From: Candidatus Methanomethylicus oleisabuli
Lineage (GTDB): Archaea; Thermoproteota; Methanomethylicia; Methanomethylicales; Methanomethylicaceae
Assembly: GCA_001717025.1 (NCBI GenBank)
Contig: MAGU01000051.1
Location: forward strand, 227-64,226
Direction: 5' to 3'
Length of the DNA stretch: 64,000 nucleotides
Positions 1 through 9,699 of this stretch are shown one piece after another (the stretch's first letter is position 1; every line of letters begins with the position of its first letter). Below the pieces are notes generated by a model. It saw nothing but the letters and a program-made list of their open reading frames with translations, was not told the origin of the DNA and did not search any database. A program made the position numbers and the translations under genes.

Positions 1-143
1 ATATTCTCATCGTCTATGCACAGCTTTACCTCCATATCAAACCCCCTCCGCCTCTATACCATCTATTACTATCGCGCCCGATCATAAAAAGCGTATCCCG
101 CCTCCATATCGCTAAGCTGTAACCTGGCTGATGCCTCCCCATG

Positions 144-872
144 CTAGGATGTCTTCTCCGGATATGACTGATAGAAGCCCTTCTTTGACTTCGCCTCTGC
201 CATCGGCTTCCTTAGCCTCTCAATGGAGGCGACAACCATCTCTAGCATGCTGCCCGGTATGCCCACGAGCATCTCATTGGGCTCAAGATCCGTGCTCGAC
301 CTTGAGCCGTAGCAGCCGAACCCGAGCTGCACCTCGTTCTTGACATATGCCGAGACTGCGATTCCAGAGCAGACGCACGCCTCGGTCTGAATGTCGAGCG
401 TAAGGTGCCTCCCATCGGAGAATGCCCTGCTGTGGCAAAGCCACATCGCCTGTTCTGCATTCGCCCTCACAATGACGGTGTCAGGCGATATCGTGCATCC
501 TGAGAGTGGGGTCACAAGCACCGCCGAGACCGACCCCGGCATCATCTTAACGTTGGCGCCATGGCACCTCGCAGCCGCCTCTTCGCTATCGAAGAGTCCT
601 AAGGCGCGATGGACCTCCCCCTTGCTAACTTTCTCCTTCACGGCCCCCCCAAAAGAACCCGGCCCCGGACCACAAGCCATCTCATTGGGAAGTATTGCGA
701 GGGAGCGGCCCCAACCCGCCTCCATCGCTGCTTGGCAGAACCTCATCCTCCTCGATGGAATGGCGAAACCGTTTGGGACGGGCTCGCTAGGCTTAATGAA
801 CTTGACCGCAACTGGCTTGGTATCAAGGTCTAGAGTTTCAGTTAGCCTCTTGGACAAATCCGCGCAGTCCAT
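144..872 (-). CDS. conserved hypothetical protein (possibly DUF169/COG2043-like)
   Basis: 242-aa uninterrupted ORF with no obvious TM or signal peptide. The family assignment comes from memory of similar archaeal proteins and is tentative. Confidence 0.35.
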   Translation of the reverse strand: MDCADLSKRLTETLDLDTKPVAVKFIKPSEPVPNGFAIPSRRMRFCQAAMEAGWGRSLAILPNEMACGPGPGSFGGAVKEKVSKGEVHRALGLFDSEEAAARCHGANVKMMPGSVSAVLVTPLSGCTISPDTVIVRANAEQAMWLCHSRAFSDGRHLTLDIQTEACVCSGIAVSAYVKNEVQLGFGCYGSRSSTDLEPNEMLVGIPGSMLEMVVASIERLRKPMAEAKSKKGFYQSYPEKTS

Positions 873-980
873 GTTGTTTCACTTGAGATTAAACATGGGG
901 GCAGTTAAGATAAATTTATTGTAGCTCTGCCGAAGGGGGGACATCGGTGCTATTGCTCCTCTCCTCGCCACTCCGCTTCC

Positions 981-2084
981 TCAAATGAATGTGGTGAGCT
1001 GGCTCTGCCCCTTCATGCGCCTGACGAAGCCTGAAATGTGCACGCCAACTCGCCTGAGCTCTTGCCGGTTCCCTCCCAGGTGCTTCTCGAGGATCTCCTT
1101 CACCGCCCTCTTCACTGTTTGCATATCATCGGTCGGTGCCGTTAGGCTCTTTTCCCTCATCCTGATAGTGAGGTCCGTCGTAACCGCGATTATGCCCACC
1201 CTCCTGAAGAGCAGCCCCCTCTCTCTTGCCTTTGACACGACGTCTTCGCAGAGCGTGTATGCTGCCTCGAGGACCTTCTTGGGATCATTCGTGTCCTCCT
1301 TGAGCGTAACCATCCGGCTTATCGACTCATTCTCCCCCCTTTCTTGGACTGCTTCCTCATCTTCACCATTTGCAGCCCTATGGAAATATGCCCCAAGCGC
1401 CCTGCCGAACTCATTGATAAGGGCCGTCTCGTCGAAAGCTGCCAGTTCGCCAACCGTCCTTATGCCAAGTTGCCCCATGCGCTCTGCCGTCTTTCTACCT
1501 ACCCCGACAAGACTTTCAACTGGCAACGGCGACAGGAAAGCCTTCGAATCCTCGTCATCCACGACCGTCAGCCCGTTGGGCTTGTTAATGTCGGCGGCTA
1601 TCTTCGCTATTACCTTGTTAGGTCCGACCCCAATCGACAGCGTAAGCGACTCGCTGCCCCAAACTTCGTCTTTTATCTTGCGCGCAAGCTTTTCCGCCTC
1701 ATGGAAGTTGGCAACCCTGTTGCTGACATCGAGATAAGCCTCGTCGATGCCAACCTGCTCAAACCCGTCCACATTCCTTTTTAGGATCGCCATAACCCTC
1801 TCTGAAACCTGCTTGTAGAACTCGTGATCCATGGGCAGGAACCTTGCTTCCGTGCCCAAGAGCCTCTTCTTGGCTAGCGCGATGGGAATGCCCGATCTGA
1901 CGCCGTACCCCCGTGCTGAATAGTTGGCTGTTGCGACCACGCCGCTCTCCTCAGTCCTGCCAGAATAGACGCAGACGACGACAGGTCTGCCGATCAACGA
2001 TCTGTCCCTTCTCTCCTCGACCTGCGCATAGAAGTAGTCCAGATCTGCCAACATCACTATTCTGCCCACTTCAGTCGCACCCAT
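981..2084 (-). CDS. dinB: DNA polymerase IV (Y-family translesion polymerase)
   Basis: N-terminal MLADLDYFYAQVE matches the canonical DinB/Dbh start (DMDxFFAxVE). The 367-aa length is typical. The true start may be the internal Met (about 2054). Confidence 0.85.
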   Translation of the reverse strand: MGATEVGRIVMLADLDYFYAQVEERRDRSLIGRPVVVCVYSGRTEESGVVATANYSARGYGVRSGIPIALAKKRLLGTEARFLPMDHEFYKQVSERVMAILKRNVDGFEQVGIDEAYLDVSNRVANFHEAEKLARKIKDEVWGSESLTLSIGVGPNKVIAKIAADINKPNGLTVVDDEDSKAFLSPLPVESLVGVGRKTAERMGQLGIRTVGELAAFDETALINEFGRALGAYFHRAANGEDEEAVQERGENESISRMVTLKEDTNDPKKVLEAAYTLCEDVVSKARERGLLFRRVGIIAVTTDLTIRMREKSLTAPTDDMQTVKRAVKEILEKHLGGNRQELRRVGVHISGFVRRMKGQSQLTTFI

Positions 2085-2380
2085 CCCTTCTGCCTATCGT
2101 CAAGCAGAAAACCTGTTCTGCCTGCAGCTGATCCAAGTAATTAAGCCTCGTTTTTATGTGATGCCCCGCCCACTTATCTTCCATTCTGTCAAGCGACCTG
2201 TTGCCGCTAATGTAATGCTACTGCCAGCCGATGCAGAACCTAGTGGGCATGCAAAGAGCCACTTCACCATTGGCAGCTGCTGCCTGCGAAGCCATGCCCC
2301 AACGAACAGCTTATTATTGCTGGATGCGCCCATATTCATCTCAACCTGACGCCATTTCCCAACACGGCGAGGGCTCTAGA

Positions 2381-3703
2381 ATGAACGAATCGCTATACCA
2401 TCTGGGCGAAAAGCTGATCAAATCCATGACCAACAAGGGCGCGAGTGACGTGATAGCGCTCCCTACAAACGTGGAGAGGTTTATGATCAGATTCAGCAAT
2501 AGCAAGATCACCGTCGTCCAGAGCTGGAGCTCCACCTCGATAGACCTCCTCTCCACATTCGGAAGAAGGCGGATAATCACCAGCTTCGGGGACCTCTCAG
2601 AAGAGGCGATAAGTCGCGGAGTTGAGAGGGCCGTGACCGAGGCATCGCAGATGCCTGAGCAGGGCGATGTCACCCCTCCAAAGGGGGGGCGGTTCGCAGA
2701 CCGGCTGGAGTCTGAAGAGATGGACCTTGAGCGGCTCCGCGACACCGTCTCCGCATCAATAAACGCCGCACTTAAGGAGGGCGCAGAGCGTGTCGCGGGG
2801 GTGATGACCGCCACAACGGCGAGGCAGGGCATACTATCGACGACAGGGGCGGAGGGATACGATGAGCGCTCGGGGTATGATCTGAATGTGCGGGCCTTTG
2901 GAGGCGGGTCATACGGTCAAGGACTGAGCTGCGCCTTGCGCATCGCCTCGCTCGAGCCTGAGAGGGCAGGCTCAGAGGCCGGCAGGATCGTTAGTCTAAG
3001 CCGGAACACGGTCCCATGGGGCGCAGGTAAGTATGACGTGTGCCTCTCTCCTATCATAGGCGCAAATCTGGTCGAACGGCTGGGTCGCGCCTTCTCCGCC
3101 TTCAGCGTCGAGACGGGCATGTCCTGCTTGGCGAACCGCCTAGGGGAACGCACCCTCTCTGGTTGCCTGAGCATGGTCGATGATGGGGCCGATCCGCAGA
3201 AACTTGGATCGAAGCGGTTTGACGACGAGGGGCAACCGACGAGGTACAACCTGCTTGTTGACGAGGGCGTGATCTCGACATACCTCCACAACTCGTCCAC
3301 AGCACGGCGATTCAACACTTCGACTACGGGAAATGCCGGATGGATTGCCCCCGGCCCCTGGAACCTCGTGGTTCAGTCCGGCGAAACAAGCGAAGGAGAT
3401 CTGCTCGAAGATCTGGGGAGGGGGATATTGATTATCAGCAACTGGTACACGCGCTTCCAGAACTACGGGACAGGCGACTTCTCTACTATCTGCCGCGATG
3501 GCGCATTCCTCGTTGAGAACGGGGAGATAAAGGGCGCAATAAAGGGGGCAAGGATCAGCGACAACCTCCTAAGACTGTTCCAATCGATAAGGGGCATCGG
3601 CAGGAGGCGACAGTGGGTGCATTGGTGGGAGGTCAACACGCCGGTCCTTCTGCCCTCGATGATTGCGTCTGATGTGGCGCTAACGAAAGCGCAAGAGGCG
3701 TAG
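2381..3703 (+). CDS. TldD/PmbA family metalloprotease-like protein
   Basis: About 440 aa from the ATG at 2381. The C-terminal region (ISNWYTRFQNYGTGDFS...GAFLVENGEI) resembles the PmbA/TldD C-terminal fold. The upstream 150 nt of the listed ORF is low complexity. Confidence 0.7.
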   Translation: MNESLYHLGEKLIKSMTNKGASDVIALPTNVERFMIRFSNSKITVVQSWSSTSIDLLSTFGRRRIITSFGDLSEEAISRGVERAVTEASQMPEQGDVTPPKGGRFADRLESEEMDLERLRDTVSASINAALKEGAERVAGVMTATTARQGILSTTGAEGYDERSGYDLNVRAFGGGSYGQGLSCALRIASLEPERAGSEAGRIVSLSRNTVPWGAGKYDVCLSPIIGANLVERLGRAFSAFSVETGMSCLANRLGERTLSGCLSMVDDGADPQKLGSKRFDDEGQPTRYNLLVDEGVISTYLHNSSTARRFNTSTTGNAGWIAPGPWNLVVQSGETSEGDLLEDLGRGILIISNWYTRFQNYGTGDFSTICRDGAFLVENGEIKGAIKGARISDNLLRLFQSIRGIGRRRQWVHWWEVNTPVLLPSMIASDVALTKAQEA

Positions 3704-3963
3704 CCGCGGATGCAGACGACGTCTTGGTTTGCTTGACCGCATTCATTAGCGCTACTGCAGCAGGGGCAGGCGCCTAGCATTGACGGACGCGGCATGGTAG
3801 GGCGGCATCCGCCGTCGCCTCAAGGTCTGAATCACAATCACCTCGCGCGTTCCTGCCTCTATCGCCATCCGCCGCTCTCTGAACTCATCTACGCCGCCTG
3901 ACCAATTCAAATAATTAGGTGCGTGAACCTAGTGCTATAGGAAGGTAAGCGCCATTGCGGACG

Positions 3964-5211
3964 ATGAAGGGGTTCAAGGCTCTGATGCCTGTAAGCGACG
4001 CCTTATCCTTGGTGCTAAGTAGGTTTGGCGAGTGGACCCCTGGGTCTGAAGAGGTTCTGATTGCTTCGAGTTGCGGGCGGGTCTCGGACGAGCGGGTCGT
4101 GTCGTCTGTGGACATACCCCCATTCGACAGATCGGCTGTAGATGGTTACGCCGTCAGGTCAGAGGACACTTACAGCTCATCCAACAATAATCCTGCCGAG
4201 CTCGCCCTCAGGGGCACGGCGGAGGCAGGGGGGGCTACACTAGCAGGTCCGGTGCTAGGGGGCAACTGCGTGGAGATATACACCGGCGCGAAGTTGCCCG
4301 AAGGGGCAGACTCCGTCGTCATGGCTGAGGACTGCGAGCGCCTCGGAGGGAGGGTGCTGGTATCAAAGCCAGTACCGCGTGGTGCCAACGTCTCGATCAA
4401 GGGGGAGGACATACGTATGGGCGACGTAGTCCTCTGTGATCACCGCGTGATCCGGCCATGGCACATAGGCGTCTTGGCGTCGATCGGCCGTCCTATCATC
4501 GCCGTGCGGAGGCGCCCCGTCATCGCCATCTTCTCCACCGGCAACGAGCTCGTCGATATAGGCGGCACAGCAGGAAAGGGGGCGCAGAGCATAGTCGACT
4601 CGACACGCCCGATGATCGCATCGATGGCATCGGCAGCGGGATGCGCCGTCAATGATGGCGGGATAGTGAGCGACGACCTCGACAGCATATCACGTAAGAT
4701 GCTCATGCTAGCCCGCACGTCCGATGCTGTATTATCGATAGGAGGGACCTCCGTAGGCGGAAAGGACATGGTCCCTGAGGCCGCCAAGTCGATCTCGAGC
4801 GAAGGCGTGATCTTTCACGGAGTGGCAATTAAGCCTGGAAAGCCCTTCGGGTTCGGCGTGGTCGGTGGCAAGCCGCTATTCATGCTGCCTGGCTACCCAG
4901 TCTCTGCAATGGTTGGACTCGAGGCGATAGTCCTGCCGCTCCTGAGCCTGTGGTCGGGGGCATGCCCAGCGAAGCGGCAGGTCGTAAAGGCGAGGCTGGC
5001 ACGCAGGGTGCCTACAACTCCGGGGATAAGGCACTACCTCAGGGTGCACCTCGAGGAGACCGACGGCGGCCTCATCGCATCGCCTATCGCCATCACCGGC
5101 TCGGGTTTGCTCTCTTCGATAACAAGGGCCGACGGAATCGTCGTGATAGGCGAGGATTATGAGGGCGTGGAAGAGGGCTCCGAGGTTAGCGTCGAATTAT
5201 TGGAGGATTGA
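3964..5211 (+). CDS. moeA: molybdopterin molybdotransferase MoeA
   Basis: Three-domain MoeA architecture, with a GTSVGGKD...FHGVAIKPGKP MoCF-binding core and LPGYPVSA motifs. The ATG at 3964 follows a TTG pseudo-start. Confidence 0.85.
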   Translation: MKGFKALMPVSDALSLVLSRFGEWTPGSEEVLIASSCGRVSDERVVSSVDIPPFDRSAVDGYAVRSEDTYSSSNNNPAELALRGTAEAGGATLAGPVLGGNCVEIYTGAKLPEGADSVVMAEDCERLGGRVLVSKPVPRGANVSIKGEDIRMGDVVLCDHRVIRPWHIGVLASIGRPIIAVRRRPVIAIFSTGNELVDIGGTAGKGAQSIVDSTRPMIASMASAAGCAVNDGGIVSDDLDSISRKMLMLARTSDAVLSIGGTSVGGKDMVPEAAKSISSEGVIFHGVAIKPGKPFGFGVVGGKPLFMLPGYPVSAMVGLEAIVLPLLSLWSGACPAKRQVVKARLARRVPTTPGIRHYLRVHLEETDGGLIASPIAITGSGLLSSITRADGIVVIGEDYEGVEEGSEVSVELLED

Positions 5212-5214
5212 GCG

Positions 5215-7200
5215 ATGCAGGGCAATAATGGCAATTCGAGCGGCAATGCAAGGAAGATATTCCACAGGCTTGCCTCGATTGAGGAGTCGTATTCTATTCT
5301 GCTAGCGAACACCGAGCACGGGACAAAGGAAGAACAGCTTGCACTCTCAAACGCCAGAGGAAGGGTGCTGGCGACCGACGTCTTCTCTGGCGTCGACCTG
5401 CCCCCCTTCGACCGTGCAGAGATGGACGGTTACGCCGTTTCGTCAGAGGATATCGAAGGCGCGTCCGACCAGCGCCCGGTGTCTCTCGAGGTCATCTCCT
5501 CGATAAGCGCCGGCGACGGCCCATCCGTTGAGGTCAGGCGGGGGGCATGCGCCGAGATCGCAACCGGGGCACCGATACCCCGAGGGGCAGACTCCGTAGT
5601 CATGGTTGAGTACACGTCAAGGAATGGGGACACGGTCACTTTCTTCAGGGGGGTAGCGCCCAGCGAGAACGTTGCATCCTCCGGCTCCGACGTCCAGATT
5701 GGCGAGATGGTGCTGCGCCAAGGCACGGTCATAGGCACCAGGGAGGTGGCGATTCTATCCGCTATAGGGCTTGCCAGCGTGCGGGTCTTCCAGCTACCCC
5801 GTGTTGGGATAATCTCCACCGGCAACGAGCTCGTCCCTCCGGGGGGCAGCCTCTCGTTCGGTAAGATATACGACGTCAACTCGACATCCTTGATGGCGGC
5901 GGTGGGTGAGGCGGGAGGTGAGGGCATCTACTACGGGCATGCTAACGATGACTACGATAGCATCAGGTCAGCGATTGAGGATACCATAAATGAGTTCGAC
6001 CTAGTCCTCCTGTCGGGGGGGACATCTGCGGGCACAGGCGACCTTGCCTATCGCGTCATTGAGGACTTGTGCACCCCTGGCATCCTCGTTCACGGTCTAA
6101 AGGTAAAGCCGGGGAAGCCGACGATAGTCGCCTCCCACAAGGGCAAGGCAATCATCGGTCTTCCAGGATACCCCGTCTCCGCACTCGTGATCTTCGACCA
6201 GCTCGTTAAGCCGTTTATAGGGCTGATGTCAGGTAACTCCGCAAGGCCTGCGCAACTGCAGCGGGGGCGCCTCGCGCAGCGTGTCAATGGAGCAAAGGGG
6301 CGCAGGTGGCTGCTTCCGGTGCACGTCATAAAGTCCCGTGATGCCCCTGTCGTTCACCCGATCATCGCCAGCTCCGGGGCAACAAGCGCACTTGCCAAGG
6401 CCGACGGCTACATAGTGGTATCGGAGGAGGTCGAGTACGTGGATGCAGGCGAGGAGGTCATGGTTCGGCTCTTTCCAGGCGAGCAGAGCCCAGACCTTGT
6501 TGTAATGGGCAGCCACTGCCCAGGGCTCGACATCCTGCTGCAGCTGCTATACAGGCAGAACGGGATGCGGGCGAAGACGGCCAACATAGGCTCGCAGGGC
6601 GGATTGGCCGCGGTCTCGAGGGGGGAGGCCGACATCGCAGGAGCCCATCTGCTCGACCCAAACACCATGACCTACAATGCCCCATTCTTGGCTCAGTTCG
6701 GTCTCGCCGGCAGCTGCCTGATGAAGGGGTACCGACGCCTGCAGGGGATAATGGTCCCGCGCGGCAACCCCTGTGGCATCCGGTGCCTGGGCGACATAAT
6801 CGGAAGGGACGTCATCTTCGTCAACCGCAACAGGGGGTCAGGCACACGCGTGCTGATCGATATGGAACTCTCCAAGGCTGCTTCCGCTAGGGGGATCGAC
6901 TTCGGCACCATCGCCAAGCACGTGAGGGGGTACCGGTGGGAGGCGAAGACCCACTCTGCTGTAGGCGCTGCCATTAGTCAGGGTCGCGCGGACGTGGGCG
7001 TGGGCGTCAAGAGCGTCGCCGTGTCTTACGGGTTGGACTTCATCCCGATCTCAGACGAGGAGTATGACTTCATCATCAACCCCTCCTCAGCGGAGAAGCC
7101 CGCTGTTGCCGCATTCAAGGCTTGCCTCAAGTCAGAGGCTTTCCGGAAGGCTATCGCCGCGTTGCCGGGCTACTCGCCTTGGGGCGATGCTGCGACATAG
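5215..7200 (+). CDS. moeA: MoeA paralog fused to a C-terminal periplasmic-binding-protein-like (PBP-like) domain
   Basis: The N-terminal 400 aa are collinear with the upstream MoeA (GGTSAGTGD, LKVKPGKPT, LPGYPVSA). The C-terminal 250 aa is a PBP/LysR-substrate-like fold, as in long archaeal MoeA proteins. It lies 4 nt after the first moeA. Confidence 0.75.
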   Translation: MQGNNGNSSGNARKIFHRLASIEESYSILLANTEHGTKEEQLALSNARGRVLATDVFSGVDLPPFDRAEMDGYAVSSEDIEGASDQRPVSLEVISSISAGDGPSVEVRRGACAEIATGAPIPRGADSVVMVEYTSRNGDTVTFFRGVAPSENVASSGSDVQIGEMVLRQGTVIGTREVAILSAIGLASVRVFQLPRVGIISTGNELVPPGGSLSFGKIYDVNSTSLMAAVGEAGGEGIYYGHANDDYDSIRSAIEDTINEFDLVLLSGGTSAGTGDLAYRVIEDLCTPGILVHGLKVKPGKPTIVASHKGKAIIGLPGYPVSALVIFDQLVKPFIGLMSGNSARPAQLQRGRLAQRVNGAKGRRWLLPVHVIKSRDAPVVHPIIASSGATSALAKADGYIVVSEEVEYVDAGEEVMVRLFPGEQSPDLVVMGSHCPGLDILLQLLYRQNGMRAKTANIGSQGGLAAVSRGEADIAGAHLLDPNTMTYNAPFLAQFGLAGSCLMKGYRRLQGIMVPRGNPCGIRCLGDIIGRDVIFVNRNRGSGTRVLIDMELSKAASARGIDFGTIAKHVRGYRWEAKTHSAVGAAISQGRADVGVGVKSVAVSYGLDFIPISDEEYDFIINPSSAEKPAVAAFKACLKSEAFRKAIAALPGYSPWGDAAT

Positions 7201-7350
7201 CCCTCACTAGACGCCCTGCGGCACAGTCGCAGTAGACGCACCGCCGCGGCTATGCCCACAATCACCATTCTTGCTGATTGTCCGACCTCGAGGCATCCAG
7301 TTGCTGGGGCAGGGTCATTACAATTAGGGATGGCAGGAGGCCCGAGACCG

Positions 7351-7376
7351 GCGCTATCGCTATCGCTATCGCTATG
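7351..7376. repeat. hexanucleotide microsatellite (CGCTAT)x4
   Basis: gcgctatcgctatcgctatcgctatg read directly from the sequence. It lies in an ORF-poor region downstream of moeA2. Confidence 0.6.
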
Positions 7377-8193
7377 CAGAATATCGAGTGGTGGACGGTG
7401 AGCCAGACCATCCATGCCCATTGACCACAAATGGCCTGCCGAAGTGGCCTACGACGCAGACGTCTATCTATGGTGGATCAAAGAAGCTCTTGACCATCAA
7501 GCCCTCCTTAACTATCCCGTACGCTCCTCCACAAGAAGGGCTGAGCTGAAGCCTTTCCGCCGCTTCACCTTCAGCTCCCTGATCCTAGCGCCGCTCCCGT
7601 AGAAGCAAGATGTGATGGCTAGGATGAACGGGCTAGAACTCAGCCAGCGGCGCCTAGCCGGAGAGGCGCCATCCGATTGCGGGTGCTAGGGAGAACCGTT
7701 TGACCGGCGGACGCGCCTTGCCACCATTGCTTTTACCAAAATCCGCCCCGATCAAGAACGAAGGGCGGCTGTGTCGCATCTCCTCCACTCCGAAGTCTTA
7801 AAGCGCCCCACTCACCATGGTGGAGTATTGTAATCGGCGTTGCCGATGAGCGATTTGGCATATCCCCCTCTATCTGCTCTCCGAGGAGTTTTGTCAGCCA
7901 CGCGTTCGCAGGATTTTATTCGCTCTTGGCATCGGGAATCGCTGCCAGAAGCACAGGATACTTGGCGCGGCGGCACAGCATTCGATGCCCGCCATATGAG
8001 AGCGTCGCCGCGTCAGGCGGAGATAACGATGTTCGGCTTGTAGGACAGGGGGGGTGAGGGTCATCATAGCTGTGCCGTTCAACCGCATCCCTGTCTGTGG
8101 ATGAATGGCGTGGGGCGGCGAGCCGTGCATAATTAGTCAGGCGAAGGACCACAACCTTTTTCTTAGCCACGATTAGTTAGTGATACATTCGAG

Positions 8194-8649
8194 ATGATGA
8201 TTATGCCTCCAATGTTGCCTCCTAACGTGAGCGTGAGCGTAGGCTTCTCACAGATCAATGGTGAGAAGCTTATGGATCTTGAGAAAGGGATGGTGAACCT
8301 ACAGGTCACAACAAACATTAGCATAACCCGTGCCGTTCAGTTTGAGGGCGGCATTGATTTCGGCTTCGTCTTTGCCGTAAACTATAACCCCGCCGTTGCG
8401 AACCTGACGCTCAAGGGCTCCATCAAGGCGGCAGGCGGGCAGAGCGAGATCGGCGAGCTGAAGAAGGCATTCGATGAGAAGAAGACCCTCCCGCCAGGTC
8501 TATTGCAGGCAATATCCAACGCTGCGTTCATAGAGTGCATCCTGCTCGCTAGGTCGCTGAACATACCCCCGCCGATACCCCTGCCAATCATACAGTCGCA
8601 GGAGCAGCAGAAGCCCAAGATTGGTCCGAACCCAAGCTATATCGCCTGA
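8194..8649 (+). CDS. hypothetical protein (151 aa)
   Basis: Clean ORF with an ATG start. It has a Pro-rich N-terminus and a predicted beta-rich body. No recognisable motifs. Confidence 0.35.
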   Translation: MMIMPPMLPPNVSVSVGFSQINGEKLMDLEKGMVNLQVTTNISITRAVQFEGGIDFGFVFAVNYNPAVANLTLKGSIKAAGGQSEIGELKKAFDEKKTLPPGLLQAISNAAFIECILLARSLNIPPPIPLPIIQSQEQQKPKIGPNPSYIA

Positions 8650-8709
8650 TCGGCACTGCGCCCCCTCCCCTCTAAATTTGCCAGCTCCGCTCAATAAGCG
8701 GGCGGCCGC

Positions 8710-9501
8710 TCACGGCGCCCTTCCCGCGCCATGTCCTTCAGCGATCCTGCAGGATGCTAGGTCCTTGCAAAGCTCTCTGCAGCAGACCTCTGGCTCGTTG
8801 AGCAGCTCTAGGAACCTGCGCTCCAACCCGAATTTCTTCTGGCACCATGGGTGCTCATATGCAACGAGCTCGTACCTCTTAGCGACCTCCTTTCCCTCCT
8901 CCGTCTTCTTGAAGCACTCCCAGCATAGGTCGTAGCTGGCCCTCCTGTAGCCCTTTCCGCAAGACGGGCAGAGTGTCATGCCCTTCTGGCGGGCAAAGTG
9001 GCACCTCTTGCAGAGCACGATGCAGTCTGCGAGGCTTCTGCACTTCGCCTGCGCCTCGCTCCTCTCTGCCATCAACCTCTCCTTGATCTGGTCGGAGTAT
9101 TTTTCCCAGAATGACTTCCATTGCTCAGGCGAGACCCTGCCGGTCTTGACGGTTCTCCTCTCCGGAGAATCGAACTCTGCCCTGCAGTTCCTGCACTTGA
9201 GGGCTGGACTCTTCCGCTTCCGGCGCGCAAACGACGTGCCGCCGCAATGAGGGCACCGCTCAAGCAACAGCTCTACCTCGGAATACTCGCCCGCATCAAT
9301 CCGTTCCCTGAGCAGCTTAGCGGACGCCTCCTTCATCTGGGATATGTAAGGCGGCAGAGGCGCCCTCGCCGCAACGACAAGCCCGCTTGATGAGCCGCAC
9401 CAGTCGCACCTCTTCCCCGACAGGAACTTAGCCCTCCTCTCCTCCCGCTCCCTTCCCTGTAGCGCCCTCCTTCTGTTCCACGCCTCTGTCGAGCCGCTCA
9501 A
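8710..9501 (-). CDS. cysteine-rich protein with three paired CxxC zinc-ribbon motifs
   Basis: CDWCG/CPHCGG, CRNCR/CKRCH and CPSCGKG/CWECF pairs are spaced as zinc ribbons. The basic N-terminus and a CIVLCKRCHFARQK segment are reminiscent of an HNH-like tail. It is divergent from the methyltransferase at 9700. Confidence 0.45.
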   Translation of the reverse strand: MSGSTEAWNRRRALQGREREERRAKFLSGKRCDWCGSSSGLVVAARAPLPPYISQMKEASAKLLRERIDAGEYSEVELLLERCPHCGGTSFARRKRKSPALKCRNCRAEFDSPERRTVKTGRVSPEQWKSFWEKYSDQIKERLMAERSEAQAKCRSLADCIVLCKRCHFARQKGMTLCPSCGKGYRRASYDLCWECFKKTEEGKEVAKRYELVAYEHPWCQKKFGLERRFLELLNEPEVCCRELCKDLASCRIAEGHGAGRAP

Positions 9502-9699
9502 CTAGTCGCACCCTTGATGACGATATCTGCCCTTATTACTATAACTTTAATCTTTCTTGGAGATAAAACTGCGATTGACTACTTAGTGAAAGAAGAATAG
9601 GGCACCTGTGCATAAAGGTGGGCAACGGCTGACAGTTGAAACACTCATCACCGACGAGGCTTTAATATTAGCCAAATATCTAAGAGATGAAGTAGAGCT

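Noticed and set aside
985-1784. Plus-strand ORFs of 250 and 146 aa inside the dinB region
   Set aside because: They are antisense to a confidently identified DinB. The translations are Ser/Leu-rich with no motifs.
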